Source of the DNA: Vicugna vicugna
Lineage: Eukaryota
Direction: 5' to 3'
Assembly: GCA_013265495.1 (NCBI GenBank)
Contig: MU057560.1
Span: 632,753 to 696,752 of the forward strand
Length of the DNA stretch: 64,000 bases
In this document: piece by piece, positions 1 through 12,907 of the stretch
Position numbering within the stretch: the stretch's first letter is position 1
How the letters are laid out: every line of letters begins with the position of its first letter
Made by a program: the position numbers and the translations under genes
The notes under the pieces: generated by a model
The model's input: only the letters and a program-made list of their open reading frames with translations
The model's database searches: none
Told to the model about the DNA's origin: nothing

Positions 1-409
1 TAGACATCCTGGGTTGTTTTAGAAAATATTGTCACTGTATTCATTTCATTGATTGAACCTACATGATGGCTTTTCTAATGGAAATATTATCAGTTAAAGC
101 AGAAGTGCCTTTGCTGGAAGGCTATGCAGCCGGTCCGACGGGCTTGGCTGGGTGCACCCCTGGGCACCTGACCTAATTATTTCTCGAGGAGCCTCTCGGG
201 GAGCACCCCGCTTCCTGAGAATCACCTGCTCACTGATTTACTAGTTCACGTGTTCGCTGGTTTGGCAAACCCGCGTGTACGCGGTGCTGAGACGCCAGGC
301 GGGAGCCGGGGAAGCGGGCTCCTGAGTTCACCAGGGCGGCCGGCACGTGGAAGGACAGCCGCTCGTGAGCCCCGGCCGGCCGCTCAGCAGGTGTCTGTGG
401 GGTGCAGTG

Positions 410-604
410 ACCGCTGGGCACAGGTGGCATCACACGAAGCGAAGAGAAAAGGGCTCAGCGGATCCTGCCCGAGAGCCTCGGCGCGAGCGCACCCACGAGG
501 CCTTGGCGTTAGGCGTTTGGCCTCCAGAATTGTACGAGAATACATTTCTGTCATTTCAAGTCACCCAGTTTGTGGTTCTTTGGCCGACCCGGGAAACCAA
601 TACA
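410..604 (+). mobile_element. MaLR LTR 3' part (MLT1C/D-like)
   Basis: ggcctccagaattgtacgagaatacatttctgtcatttcaagtcacccagtttgtgg...ggaaaccaataca resembles the MLT1 3' terminus (recalled consensus). Confidence 0.7.
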
Positions 605-3600
605 TGCACCCATCCAATTTCCTCTTCTTGGGCACATAGAAAGAGGGAGGCTGTGCCCCGGGGCCTCCTGCAGTGGGGCAGGGAATTTGTCTGGATTCCA
701 GCCACAGGGTGTGTACCGCATCCATACACATCCATATATATCCATACCTGGCAATAAAATGTGCTACCCCGGCTTCCAAGTGTTCTCCATGAAGACAGCC
801 GTGGCATTAGACTGGAGAGACCCACCACCCTTGAGACACTGGCCTGAACCACGGCCAGGAAAAGCCATCGGACTCGCATGGAGCCATGACACGAGCCGGC
901 AGAAATTCCCGTTGAGTCATAACTAACATTTTGATTTCCAGGATTTTTGCTTTTCTTTTTCCCTAAACGTTATTTGGTTGCTGGAAGTCAACACACTGAA
1001 ATCCAGGGCTATTATCATAAAAAAGTAGAATAGGTACCACGTGTAAGTATTTGAGTAGCAGAAAGTTGATTTCAGGGACCGGAAAGATGGAGACAGGCTA
1101 TGTAGCGGGAAACGGCTTGCTTAACCTCACCTGCGGCTGGGATGGCAGGCCGGGCTCCACTCAGCCTGCCGCCTCCAGAGACGGCCGGACGGATCAGAGC
1201 GTGTCGGTGTGCCGCCTGTTACTGGCCGTGTTTATAAGGTATTACAAGAAAGAGGTGAGTGCAGGAGGGGTCAAGGTGGACAGAGACGTGATACATCAAA
1301 TACAGAAAACACTTCACAGAATCCACGAAGGTCCACTGTCAGATTCTTTCTACCATGCTGCATTTTAGAAAATTTTCACAGCAAAAGTAGTATTAAGAAG
1401 AGAAAGAGGAAATAAGGCAATTTGTGAAAGAAGTGAAAGGGATCGGAGAGCATCCAGAAATCCAAGGGCGTTTGGGTTGGAAAAGCTAGCAACTAGTCCT
1501 AAAACGTGAGGGATGGAATTTAAATGGCTTTGAGCAACAAAATCCCAGGAAAAATTTTAAGTTGACTGCAGTGACTTGGTGAAAACTCGAACTGAAAACA
1601 CATCTCAGTCCACTACTGCAGTTGCCTCAGAGCAGAAACATTCAGCTAGAAGAGGGACACAGGGTGAAGACAAAGAAGTGAAGCAGAAGGAGGGGGTCTG
1701 TATTTTGAGAAATAATAGGCATAGTTCTTGACAAATGAGCTGACTAGTAGCAAAGAAGTCAGAAAGAATCCAACTAAATTTTTGAGATAGTTGATTGCCA
1801 AAGAAACCGTAAGTCCATTTAAAAAATACTTTATTGTGCAAGACTTAAAAAAAATCCTCAGATCCTCAATCTGTCCTCAATCACAGGCAGGATTTGGAGA
1901 TAACAGACACCCCCAGACTGCACCCTCTGAGCGCCCATTCCCAGTATGACTCCAGAGAGGCACAGGGGAACCCCAGAAGATGGGATAGAAGGGAACTTTT
2001 CCGGGGAGAGCAATGTGGTCCCATCTCAGGAACTCCCGCCCCACCCCAGGTGGGCAATCTTCACGTGTCATCTCAGCGGACTCCTCGGCTGTGCTGAGGA
2101 TGTGGTGGCTGTGTGTCTTCTCACTGCTCCCTTCTCCTGGTTTCTTCTCTCTGTGCTGCCCTTGCCTACGGAGCGTGTTGGGACAGGGAGCGGGCAATCT
2201 GCATTCTTGGTTTATCTTTTGCCAGAATCAGAAGAGCCGACCTGGGCCTGATGGCAAGAGCGGACATGTCTAGAACCAGGTGGGGAGCTGAGGGGCTCCC
2301 CCTGGAGGGGCTTGCTGTGTCCTGTGAGTGGGGAAAGAGGGCAACTGTGCTCGGAAGAAGGGCTGTGTTGTAGACTGGGTCGGCGCTCTCCACCCAGGCC
2401 CTCCCTGGATACAAAGGGCCATGTCAGCCTTTACACATCTCCTTCTCAGTGTGGTGGGAGCCACGTGGCGGAGCTCCTCCGTCTACGAAATGTGGGCAGA
2501 GATGACGTTAACCGTTTCCAGGTCCGCACTGCCCAGCCTTCCGTGCTCTTGCTTTCCTGCTCTGGTGAACGTGGGGGGCACATGTTGGAGGAAGGCATGT
2601 CACGGAGTGGAAGGACCCTGGATCACTGAGTCAGTCCAGAGGAGAGCAGCCCAGAATTTCCACCAGTCCCACATCAGCCTGTTCTGGGGGCCAACGTGAG
2701 GCTCTTCTGCAGAAGGAGCTTAGTATACTTTGATGTTGACTGGTTGCCACCCCGCTGCCCAGCCTGGGGGTCACCAGCTGAGCAGTCCTTCCCGGAACGT
2801 GCTTGTGTTGGCCCCTCTCTCCAGTGGCATGGCCCTGCAGACTAGGTCGGACACGCCTGACTGCGTCACAGACACGGCCCCTGCCTTACCCCTGGGTCCC
2901 GTGCCCCTCAGTCCTGGCTGCCTTCATCCCACAAGCAAACGCCAAGATCAGCTCCAGGCCAGCATCACCCCAGCCACAGACGTCACCACCCATTAACCCT
3001 ACCAGGAAGCTATCAGCACTGCCAACCTGGGGACTCAGGGGGCTTTATTGCTTTGGTTTCTCACTTTGCATACGATTTACGGACTAGAGGGGTAGAACCA
3101 GGATTCAATTTCAGGTGCACTCACCGCGGTCAGTGCACTTCCCCCCCCCATTGACGGGGGGCGTCCGTCTCCGTGGCTGATCTTACTGTTGATGCCCTTC
3201 TGACCTCCCTGTGGGCCCCCGTTTCCTCTGTGGCAGTGACCTCCAGTTACTTACAGCCTGCCCTGCGACTGAATAAGACACGCAAAAGCCACTCATCATA
3301 TGCTTTCCCACTATTTTTAACATCGCTCTTTGGTTCTGAGCCAATTTCCTAAAGAGTCAGATATTAAACATTTTTAGAGTGAATTATAACCCCTCAGACA
3401 CAACCGTTCACAACTTCGAAGGGATAAGGAAGGCGCGAGCAGGGCCCTGACCTACTGACCCGTCAGACCCGAAACGCTCCCTGGCCAGGCCGGACCTTCG
3501 CAGGAGGGGGGCGGGGAGAGGCCTCACAATAAAGAAAAGAGGAAAATAATCCAGTTGAAGTCATGAGGGGTAATTTTTTTAACAGCCTGGTCATTTTAGG

Positions 3601-3760
3601 CCAATGTCTCACTTATCTGCCAACGCAGTTTCTAATCCTGGCGGTGTCACCCTGTCTGTATTTTTTCAGACAAAACTTGGGGTCGGCATTCTCTCTGAGA
3701 ATGACAGTGCGGGGCAGGAGCTGGCAGTCGCACGCACCCTGCAGGGCAACGTTCGGTGTG

Positions 3761-4126
3761 TGACCCTCGGCTGGCTCCAGCTGCCATGACGCAGCCCCGC
3801 GGACCGGGGGCTTAAGCGGCAGACGCTGGTTTCCCGCAGCGCTGGGCGCTGGGACGTCCGGGGCCAAGGTGCTGGCAGGTTCGGTCCCTGGGGAGAGCCT
3901 CCTCCTGGTCTGCAGAGGGCCGCCGCCTCACGGCGCCTTCCCGTGGTAGAGGGAGGCTCTTCCTCCTCTTCTCGTCCGGACACTGATTCCACGGTGGAGA
4001 ACCCGCCCTCATGACTTCACATAAACCTGATTACCTCCTCGAGGCCCATCTTCCGAATACCGACGTATTGGAAGTTAGAGTCTCAACACACAAATTTCGG
4101 AGGTACCAAACATTCAGGGCATTAAA
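3761..4126 (-). mobile_element. MaLR LTR (MLT1A-like), near full length
   Basis: ccctcatgacttcacataaacctgattacctcctcgaggcccatctt...caacacacaaatttcggagg...aaacattcag matches the MLT1A reverse strand; left half unusually GC-rich. Confidence 0.8.
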
Positions 4127-5853
4127 ATTCCTAATTTGACCACAGCTCTCCTCTAAATAACCAATTCCATCAGGTCAAACAAATGAAAGGGCATGCTGAA
4201 ATCTCCATTAAAAAATCCTATAAGCTACCTTATCCTCTACAGGAAATCACCAAGTCTCCTCCGTGCCTTTAACCATCTTCATCACACACATATCCCTGTG
4301 ACGTTTAACGTAGAAGGAAAAAAAAAACCCAAAAACACAATACGGGGCTATTTTTGTCTGGCCATCCCAGCAGAGATGGTGTTCCTTGCTGCATGAACTT
4401 TTAGTATTGATCTTTAAAAAGCATCACCAAAAATCTATTTGAGACTCTGCATTGAAAATCGTTCACAAACTCTGCCTGTGTTGTTTGATGTGCTAGGTCC
4501 CTGTGGCTTGAAATTCCATGAACTGGCTTTGCATTCTGGGTAGGAGGGCCACACATTAACTGTTTGGGACTTATTGTTTATTAATAGCATAAAGCATCAA
4601 CAGGTACGAAGTGGAGATGTGAGCCTCTGTCGCTCTCATCTCAGAATCAGTCCGGCCCTCTCACGGACGGTGACTCTTGCTAATTAAATGCAGCTCGGGG
4701 TACCCGCCTGTGGGTGACCTGGGCGTGGGGGAGGCTCACGCAGATCGAGGGTGAGGCTTGTAAGAAGCCAGAGAGCCTTTCCTTTACACACCCTCATCTC
4801 TCTGAGTCCATTTCCTTTCTTTCTCAAACTGCACTCCCACCTAATTATTATCCTTAAGGTGTTAAAGTGCTTAGTGTCTCAGAAAGGCAGTGAAGTCCTC
4901 AGGCTGATGGAAAAGTGGTGCCTCTTCCCCTTCATGGTCTATGTTGCTGTCCAGTCCCAGAGTCCTTGAATGATCGACTGGAGGCATTCACTGCCTTCCA
5001 CCCTGGGAGAGGATTTGGGGGCCCACTTAGACGGATTGTTCAAAGGAAAAGGAAGAGAAATAGAAAAAAAATCACACTTGCAAAAATCTCAATGATTTGG
5101 ACCAAAACAAAAGCAACAACAACAAAAAAAAACAAATTCCAGAAACTGTCTTGTGTTCAGCATTTTCTGGGCCATGATTTCTACCATCTACGTCCCTAGA
5201 CACGGCTCTGGCCAGCCCTCACTGGGGTTGAGCAGAGTGACTCTGAGGCCCTGAGGAGCACCCAGTAACTCTCAGATTTTTCTGAGTGAAACATCAGTGT
5301 CGGCCCCAGGCCCACTAACGTGGCCTCCTCTCTACGCCCCTTTCCAGAGGGTCTCCCAAATCCCTCTCCTGGGCACCAGCCTTCCATGGAGCGTGAGTGT
5401 TACCAGTGCACTAGGTGAATTGGAAGAGGGTTTTCAAAATCAAAGGGCTAGAACTGAACATAAGTAATGAAAATAACGGTCAAGTTAATTTTGCCAGAAA
5501 GTCAGTTATTCATAACCAATCCTACCTTCCTGTTTTGGGCAAGAGATTCTTTGCTGGATTTTCCAGTCAGAAACATAACCGTGTGTGGATTCCTTCCAGA
5601 CACACTGCCCCGGCCCTTGGGGTAAGCAGTGAACTCTGTGTGTTCAAACTTTTGATCTTCTCATCTTACTCTGGGTTTTAATTCTACCCTTGGGACTTGA
5701 TGTAGGAGAAACTTATTTTAATTTTAAAATATTTTGCTTTATTGAGAAATAAATGACAAATAAAATTGTATTATATTTAAAGTGGGCAACGTGATGAGCT
5801 GATTTGCATCTACACTGTGAAATGATGGGCACAGTGATCCCCTCACAGAGCTG

Positions 5854-6072
5854 CTTCTTCCTCTTCCTCTTCCTCTTCCTCTTCTTCCTCTTTCTCCTCT
5901 TCCTCTTCCTCTTCTTCCTCTTTCTCCTCTTATTCTTCTTCTACCTCTTCCTCCTTCCTCTTCCTCTTCTTCCTCTTCCTCTTCTTCTTCCTCTTCCTCT
6001 TCCTCTTCTTCCTCTTCCTCTTCTTCCTTTCCTTCTTCCTCTTCTTCTTCTTCTCTTTTTTTTTCTTTTTCC
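5854..6072. repeat. Polypyrimidine (CTT/CTCTTC)n low-complexity tract
   Basis: About 220 bp of almost only C/T on the + strand, with a near-tandem 30-bp unit at 5881-5940. Confidence 0.95.
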
Positions 6073-6495
6073 ATAAAAGTGCTTAATTAAGATCTACTCT
6101 CGGCAAATTTCAAGTACACAGCACAGTATTATTGACCACGGTCGCCAAGCTATACATTAGATTCTCAGAACTTCCCTTGTCACTGAAGGTCTGTTCCCTC
6201 TGCCCAACACCCCCCCATCCCCCCGCCCCCAACCAGCCCCGACAGCGATTTTGCTCTCCGTTTCTATGAATTAAGTCGAGTTGTTGTTTGTTTTGTTTTT
6301 AGACTCCACGTGTAAGGGACACCATACACACAGTTTTTGTCTTTCCCTGTAAGGCTTATTTGACTTGGCACAATGCCTTCCAGTTTCATCCATGTTGTTA
6401 CAAAAGACAAGATTTCCCTCTTTTTTAGGTTTGGAATAATATTCCATTGTGTGTATATAAATAAATACATTGTGTGTGTATATACATACACATAA

Positions 6496-6536
6496 ACACA
6501 CACACACACACACACACATACACACACACACGCACA
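6496..6536. repeat. (CA)n microsatellite
   Basis: Interrupted CA run inside the L1. Confidence 0.95.
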
Positions 6537-6856
6537 AACATACAGTCCTTCCCTCTCAACTGTCAGTGGACACATAGGCTGTTTCTGCATCTTGGCTGCC
6601 GTGACTAATGCTGCAACAAACATGGGAGTGTGGATATTGCTTCAAGAGCACAGCTTTATTTCTTTTCAATATATATTCAGAAGTGGAATTGCTGGGTCAC
6701 AGAGTAGCTCATTTTTTTTTTTTTTGAGGAACTCTCATATTTTCCAAAGCGCCTGGACTGAGTTACATTCCTGGCAACCGTGTGCAGCAGTTCCTTTTTC
6801 TCCGTATCCCCAGGGACAATTGTTATCTCTTGTCTTTTTTTTATAATTGATATTCT

Positions 6857-6980
6857 TTGTGGGGGGAGAGTAATTCGGTTGTATTTGCTTATTTTATTTA
6901 TTTATTTCTTTTAGAGGGGGTTCGGGGGATTGAACCCAGGACCTTGTGCATGCTGAGCACTACTGAGCTATCCCCACCCC
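6857..6980 (-). mobile_element. tRNA-derived camelid-type SINE with 15-bp TSD
   Basis: ggggattgaacccaggaccttgtgcatgctgagc (B-box GTTCAATCC on minus strand); perfect TSD tataattgatattct at 6842-6856 and 6981-6995. Confidence 0.92.
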
Positions 6981-7419
6981 TATAATTGATATTCTAACAG
7001 GTGTGAAGTGATATCTCATCATGGTTTTGATTTTTATCCCCTGCTGATTAGTGATATTGAGCATCTTTCCATGTACTTCATGGCCACCTGTCTGTCTTCT
7101 TTTGAGAACTAGTTATTCAGGTCCCGCGCGCATTTTTCAGTTGGGTTACATATTAATTATACACATATGCATGCAGAAAAACTTTTGAAAGGATGGACCA
7201 TGTATAGTACTAATCCAAGAGAGACGATGAATCTCAGAGGACAGAAAGGAAGGAGGAGAATGAGAAGAGAAACACGATCTCAACTGAAGTCTGCAGGGTT
7301 TGCAGCGACTAGTGAGTGAGCACGGACTGCGTGTAAGTGGTGCCGGTGGAGCACAGGCACCACCCCGACTCTGCCCACAGCCCCGTTAAGATGACAGCAA
7401 AGGGTGTGGAAGGGTGGGG

Positions 7420-8900
7420 GACGTGTGATCTATCGAGGACAAACAGAACTGGAGAAGGGACAATGTCAGAGCATACTGGGGGGAAAAGGAAGTTGGAAAA
7501 CCACTAGGCAGGAGGTAATGGATATAGAAGACAGGTGATGGCAGAATCAAGTCAAGAAGTAGGGTGACCCCCACGGCAGGTCCCCAGGAACGTCTCAGGA
7601 CTTGGGAGTGCGGCGGCCCCAGAAGTGGCAGTGTGCCTGGGGCAGGTTGAAAGGACAGGACAAGAGAGGCTGAGAGTGGACCAGAAGGGGTCACATGCTG
7701 GTGTTCTCCCAGCCAGCCTGGTCCTCTCCAAACCCAGAAGAGAGGCTGGTCACGCGTACTCCAGACACAGAGACGCAAGGGGAAGGTAAGGGCAGTGTCA
7801 GTAGGGAAACGATGATGATCGAGTGAAAATTGAAATACTGACCCATGAAACCTAATCCTCGTCTCCTTCCTGGAGCTGCAGAACTACTGGCATCCAGCAC
7901 TACACGCCCAGCACACGCTCACAGCATCCCTCATGGAGAAGCTGACCAACCTCGAAGAAACAACACGGAGGCCTTACTGTCAACAGCCTCTCAGAGACAT
8001 GGCCCCGTCAGGGCACCCAACGATCCAGTCCTAATTCCAGTCATCATCTCAGTGCCTCGTTCTTATAAATTCACAGCTTGTGTTCCACCTAACGTTTGAA
8101 GATAGCAAGTCCTTTACAAAGTATCATAAGTTGCAAAAAAAAAAAAAAAAAACTCTGGGCTTTATTAAAAATAGCACAGATACTAGAAGATAGATGTTTT
8201 CACAATTGTGGGGAGGAATAATTTTCAGCCTAGAATTCTTTACTAACCAACTCTCAAATCAAATGTGCCTCTTAATGCAAACCAAGAAAGTGAACCAATG
8301 AAGCAGACAAGGCAGCATCCAACAGGAGACCTGGGAGCGCAGAGGGGAGGGTCACTGGTGCAGAGTGATGCTCACGGAGGTCTGCTGGCAGCCGTCCTAG
8401 GGCGAGACCATGTCTGGCTAGCATCAGGAAGGGGTCAGTGTTGGAACACCTGCTGTGGTTAAATGGTTTCAGAGATTTATATTCTGCGAAAAGTTTGTAG
8501 CTGAAGTAGTAACTGCTGCATAAAGACTCAAGCAAAAGAAAGAAATAAGGGAATGTATTAATGTGGGAGGGGGCATCACAAAACTGTGATCATTGCGATA
8601 CATAGCTCAGCTGTAGATAACAGGGGCCTAAAGAGTAAACACTGAATATTGATATAAGTAAACATTGGTGTTTGACATTTTAAGTGCTTTGGGGAAAGGG
8701 AATTACGTGGGAATGTGGAAAGGAAGGTGTGAGAGATTTCACTTCAAGTCCCACCGTCTCTTAAACTCAAACAAAAGGCCAATGTAAGCTTAAAATTTTA
8801 GAAATATTGAATGTACATACGGAAATAAAATACTTAAAATGTGAGAGTCTGTGGGAGGGCCTGACAACGGTATTTGGTTTCTTCTAACTCTACGTGCATA
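7420..8900 (+). mobile_element. Ancient HAL1/L1ME-like 5'/ORF1 relic
   Basis: ggaagttggaaaa...gtaatggatatagaagac...ctcaggacttgg; agtgcctcgttcttataaat; ttttcagcctagaattctttac...ctctcaaatcaaatgtg. Confidence 0.45.
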
Positions 8901-9429
8901 ATTTTGAGAAAGTAAAAATTAACCACTCACCTAAAGAATTAGTTAATTGCAAATAAATAAAATGAGAAAGTTGGAGTTAGAAAAAGAGTAGAAAAGAACA
9001 TGGTGAAATCTCACTGGGTTTTGATCAGCATCTTAAATATGTCATAAAGAGACTGGCTAAGAGGACGCAGGCAGAGGGAAGGAAATATCTAAGGTAGCTC
9101 AGCTTCAAGCTTCTCGTTCAATGTCTTCCTGAACCGAGCCTGGTGGTATCAGATGTCACCACTGCAATCCGGTCCGACCGCCCCATCATCGACCCTCAGG
9201 GACAGAGCTCCTCACCGTCCTGTCGAAGGGCAGGAAGCTGGACCCGCATGTAAAGGTGGACAGGAGGGCCTCGAAGGCCAGGAAAAGGAGCTACTCAAAG
9301 AAACCTTTGCTGGTACGTTTGTTTAAAGAAGCAAAATGCTAGGCAATCGAGTGATGGAGATAACCTACCAGGCATGTTAAGAGCCCTCGTAAAAGGCTCT
9401 TTATAGCCTCGTAAATCTGAAGGGGGCTC

Positions 9430-9570
9430 TCTCCTCCTACCAGTAAGAAAACCAGCCCCAGAGGCGCAGGTCACTTACCAAGGACACAGCACCACTTAGC
9501 ACAGGCTAGCGGAGAGAGAACCCAGACTTTCCGAGCCCTGGTCTGCCTGCTATCAAGTGTCTTAAACTTC
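9430..9570 (-). mobile_element. MIR SINE fragment
   Basis: agtaagaaaaccagccccagaggcgcaggtcacttaccaaggacacagc resembles the MIR core, reverse strand. Confidence 0.55.
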
Positions 9571-11349
9571 TCCTTGGCAGGAACCCCTAAGTATCTAAGT
9601 AAAAAGTCTCAGAAGTGAAATTTAGGTATTTATAAGGCAATGAAAAATGAGGACAATGGTCAGATGTGAAGCAGAGGAACGCGGGAACTCATGGCAGGCT
9701 TACTGAGAGACATTCTAGTTCAACAAAGAACTACTGTCTGAGAAATACCGGCAACTTTTCTGGAAACCTCGTGGTCACCCTCGTCTCTGGGACCATGTGA
9801 CTCTCCCTCACTGAGAGTCTGTGAGTGACAGGAAGCGGACCAAATACAACCTGTTGGAAAATGTTCTATGTGGAATGAATGACATGTGAACACAGCTTGA
9901 CATTTTTAGGGAATTTTTGTCTGTGAATTAGGCTAGTATTCTTTTTGTAATGAAATACAACCTAGTTTTTAAATTTAGGATAAAAATGTGTTTAGTATTG
10001 TTGATAAATGCCATTCAGACTTATTTAAAATCCAGACTTTTGGCAGGAAATTTACTAGATTTTCCTCCTCCATAGAACCAAGAGTCAGGGAGCTCTCCAA
10101 CAAGACAGCTGCTCGCCTCTTCCATCTTCCTGCTCCTTCTAGACCCGTTTTTGAGGAAAGGGTTTTGTGGCCTGAGTGGTGTATCTGGACTTACACTCTC
10201 GGAGCTGGTGCCTTGTGCTCAGCTGCAGTGGTCACAGCGTGCTTCCTGAGCTGGGCCAGAGCCCTGCTTGGGACAGCGGACTCAAATCCCTCCTGGAGTC
10301 CTCTCTGTGCATGCTCTGAATCTGGCTTTTCTGGTTTCCTTGGCCTTTCGATGAGCTCCCAGGGACACAGTCATTACACGTTCTGTCCAGCTAAGTCGAA
10401 CATTATCAGTTTCTCTTGGATGCCATCAGTGTTTTGCTGGAAACAGAAATTCATACCAAGGATGTTCATGGCCAATAGACAACAGGAAGTTATAGAAATT
10501 AGAAATAGGTATTTGCGCCTGTCGTGGTTACATAACAAGTGTTCAATGGATGTTAAGAAAGGACTCAGGCAGCGTGTTATAAAGCCCTTAATAAATCGGG
10601 TCATTGTGGTCACCAAGACTGAAGCGCGCGTTCCCGCCAAGGCTTTGGGAGAAGCGGGGTGGTCGTCCCAGGTCTATTGGGGGCGTGTGGGACCCCAGGC
10701 CTCTCAGGCCGCCCACGCCCTTCACACGGCGCTGGTCATTCTCACTTCAGAAAATGGGAAGTTCGGGTGTGTGAATACTTCGGCCAAAACGCGGGCTGAG
10801 CACCAGGGACTTCCAACGGCCGTGCTGGAGGGCCACTGATGCAGCGCGGCTGCAGGGATGTGTTAAGTGAAGGCCAGCACACCTTAAGCTTCGGGTGGTC
10901 AGTTCACCCGCCATCGAAACGACAGTGAAAGCGAGGGCATTAACCAGGAAAACGCAAGGCTCCAAGCACGCGACGAGGGCAGGCGAGAGAACATGGCAAA
11001 CTTGGTATCCTCAACCTTTGCCCTCTCCTCAGCCTCTTTTGTCAGCCAAAGCCAGCCCCCCTGTTCACTGCGGGGCACTGTTCCTGCCTAGATTCAGGAC
11101 CCTGGAAGCACCTCATTTGAGAGGGTTTTTGTGCAGGAAGACGCTGTCTCATGCCCCGTGTACGTGTCTGTACTGTTCGTCCACACATCAACACCAAGAG
11201 TCAGAGCCCAACATGCTCTAGGGCAGTGTTGCTATAAACACAAGTTCTAGAGAAGAATCTTTATTACTAACATAACTGCACGGCTTTGCTAATTTATTCT
11301 GATAACAACTGAAGCAAAACTTGCCAGAATATCATCTGAAGGACTTGGA

Positions 11350-11570
11350 CTGCAAGCCATCAAATACTGACCACTGACCAGGTGCCAGGTTGTGTAAATA
11401 AATACAACATTTTATTGGAACACAGCCATAACCATGTGTTCCCATGGTTTCTAAGGTTACTTCCTACCAGAAAAGCAGAAATGAATGGTTGTGACAGAGA
11501 TCACATGGCTGTAGAACCTAAAGTATTTCCTACCCAGCCCTTTGTGGCATGCGTTGGTCAGCCCCTTGCC
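11350..11570. mobile_element. hAT-Charlie non-autonomous DNA transposon (MER58-like)
   Basis: ttttattggaacacagccat...gttgtgacagagatcacatggc...ctaaagtatttcctacccagcccttt. Confidence 0.75.
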
Positions 11571-12907
11571 TGGACTGTGGAGAGAAGGACGTAATTGTAT
11601 ACTGGCCTGGGTTGTCAGGTGGGCACCACGGTAAAAGTTCTACTTTCAATGTTCTACCTGGAGCAACTGGAGGGCGCTCTGTTTAGTTGACCAGTTGTCT
11701 TATAATTCCAGCAAATCTAAACTAAAGCTGAAAAGCCAAACATTTCGTAGAAGAATGTAAAAGAAAAAAGTCAAAGATTAGAGTGGCAAGATTGTTGACC
11801 AGGATCTATCATAGGCAACCTGGCTTTCTATCACCAAACGATGCCTTTTTGGAAGTCCTGAAACTGTTTCCTCCACGGAGGCTCTGAGGAGGTCAGCAGT
11901 GAGGGGGATGCCAGCACCTTGAAAAATTACCTTGGAAACTGTCCTCCGAAATGTGCCGTACCCTTGGAAAAGGGACCAGGTTGTGTCTCGTCACCGAAAT
12001 CTCCCACTGTAGACAAGGCTTGTAATAGTCTTGGAAACAAGATGCTCTCCTCTGTGAAAATCAGGCCATTTACACTCCCAGCCAAGCAGCGCTGCTCGGA
12101 AGGCTCAAGGGAAAAGTGACAGCTGGGGCGCTGATGGAGGGTAGAGCAACGTGAGCATCCTTCACCAGAGCCGAACTTAATACGCTACTTCTCGCTGCGG
12201 TCTGCTGGCAGCAAACATCAGCCATGAACTTCCGGCAGGACACTCTGGGGCGTCCGCCAGTGACTGGCTAACTACATTCAACTCTTTCCCATAAAGAGAT
12301 TGTGACCCACCCTCAATCGGAAAATATTTCACCCAGATAAGCACGTGCTCGCTTTTTCATCACTGTCCATGACTGCCTGGACTGTCAGTGTATCACCCAG
12401 ACCCACTGAAGTTTCCCTCTTAAACGGTCCTCACAATTTGTAAGGATAACTATTTCACCGTGTTTACTTTTTTCTTAAGATTTCCCAAAGAACAAAGAGG
12501 AATTTTACTCATTTATAAAAGGTAGAATAAAACATTCTACCTTGAAATTACCACGTGGTTCCATCGGATCCTTTTGCAAATCTAAACTACGATGTGGGGT
12601 CTTGGTTGTTTTATTTTTCTTACTTTGTGAAACCTTTTGGTGCTCCATCATCCTAGGAATTATTTCATCATGTATTAATTACTCCCAAGTATCCTGAAAG
12701 ACATTAAAATGATAAGAAATCATCAGAAAGATGGAACCACTTAGAAAGACAATGCAGTGGTGTCGCCCTTCAGGAACTGCACCATATTCCAAGAAGTAAT
12801 AAAATAACACTGGAGGTACCACCTTTGTAGCCTACTCATGGCTTTCATTGCACTTAGCCATTGATTCGGAATTGTTCATTTCTGCCACTAATGACCATCA
12901 AAAATTA

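Larger units (their letters stand above)
5732..7147 (-). mobile_element. LINE-1 3' end (L1MA/MB-like), interrupted by a pyrimidine tract, a microsatellite and a SINE
   Basis: tttattgagaaataaatg...; ttcatccatgttgtt; gtgtgaagtgatatctcatcatggttttg; ORF 6264..6623 resembles the L1 ORF2 C-terminus (MFVAALVTAAKMQKQPMCP). Confidence 0.9.

Noticed and set aside
5739..6076. ORFs with poly-Glu/Arg-Gly and poly-Leu/Phe/Pro
   Set aside because: Translations of the pyrimidine tract inside an L1, not genes
6857..6980. tRNA-like B-box sequence
   Set aside because: SINE head with A-rich tail and TSD, not a tRNA gene
8135..8152. Poly(A) run as a possible processed pseudogene tail
   Set aside because: No upstream AATAAA, TSD or coding similarity; lies within an old L1-like relic
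9988..10839. 283-aa ORF
   Set aside because: Non-ATG start, no recognisable domain and no supporting exon structure
11664..11677. CTCF-like motif caactggagggcgc
   Set aside because: Mismatches at core positions; a single weak match is not supportable
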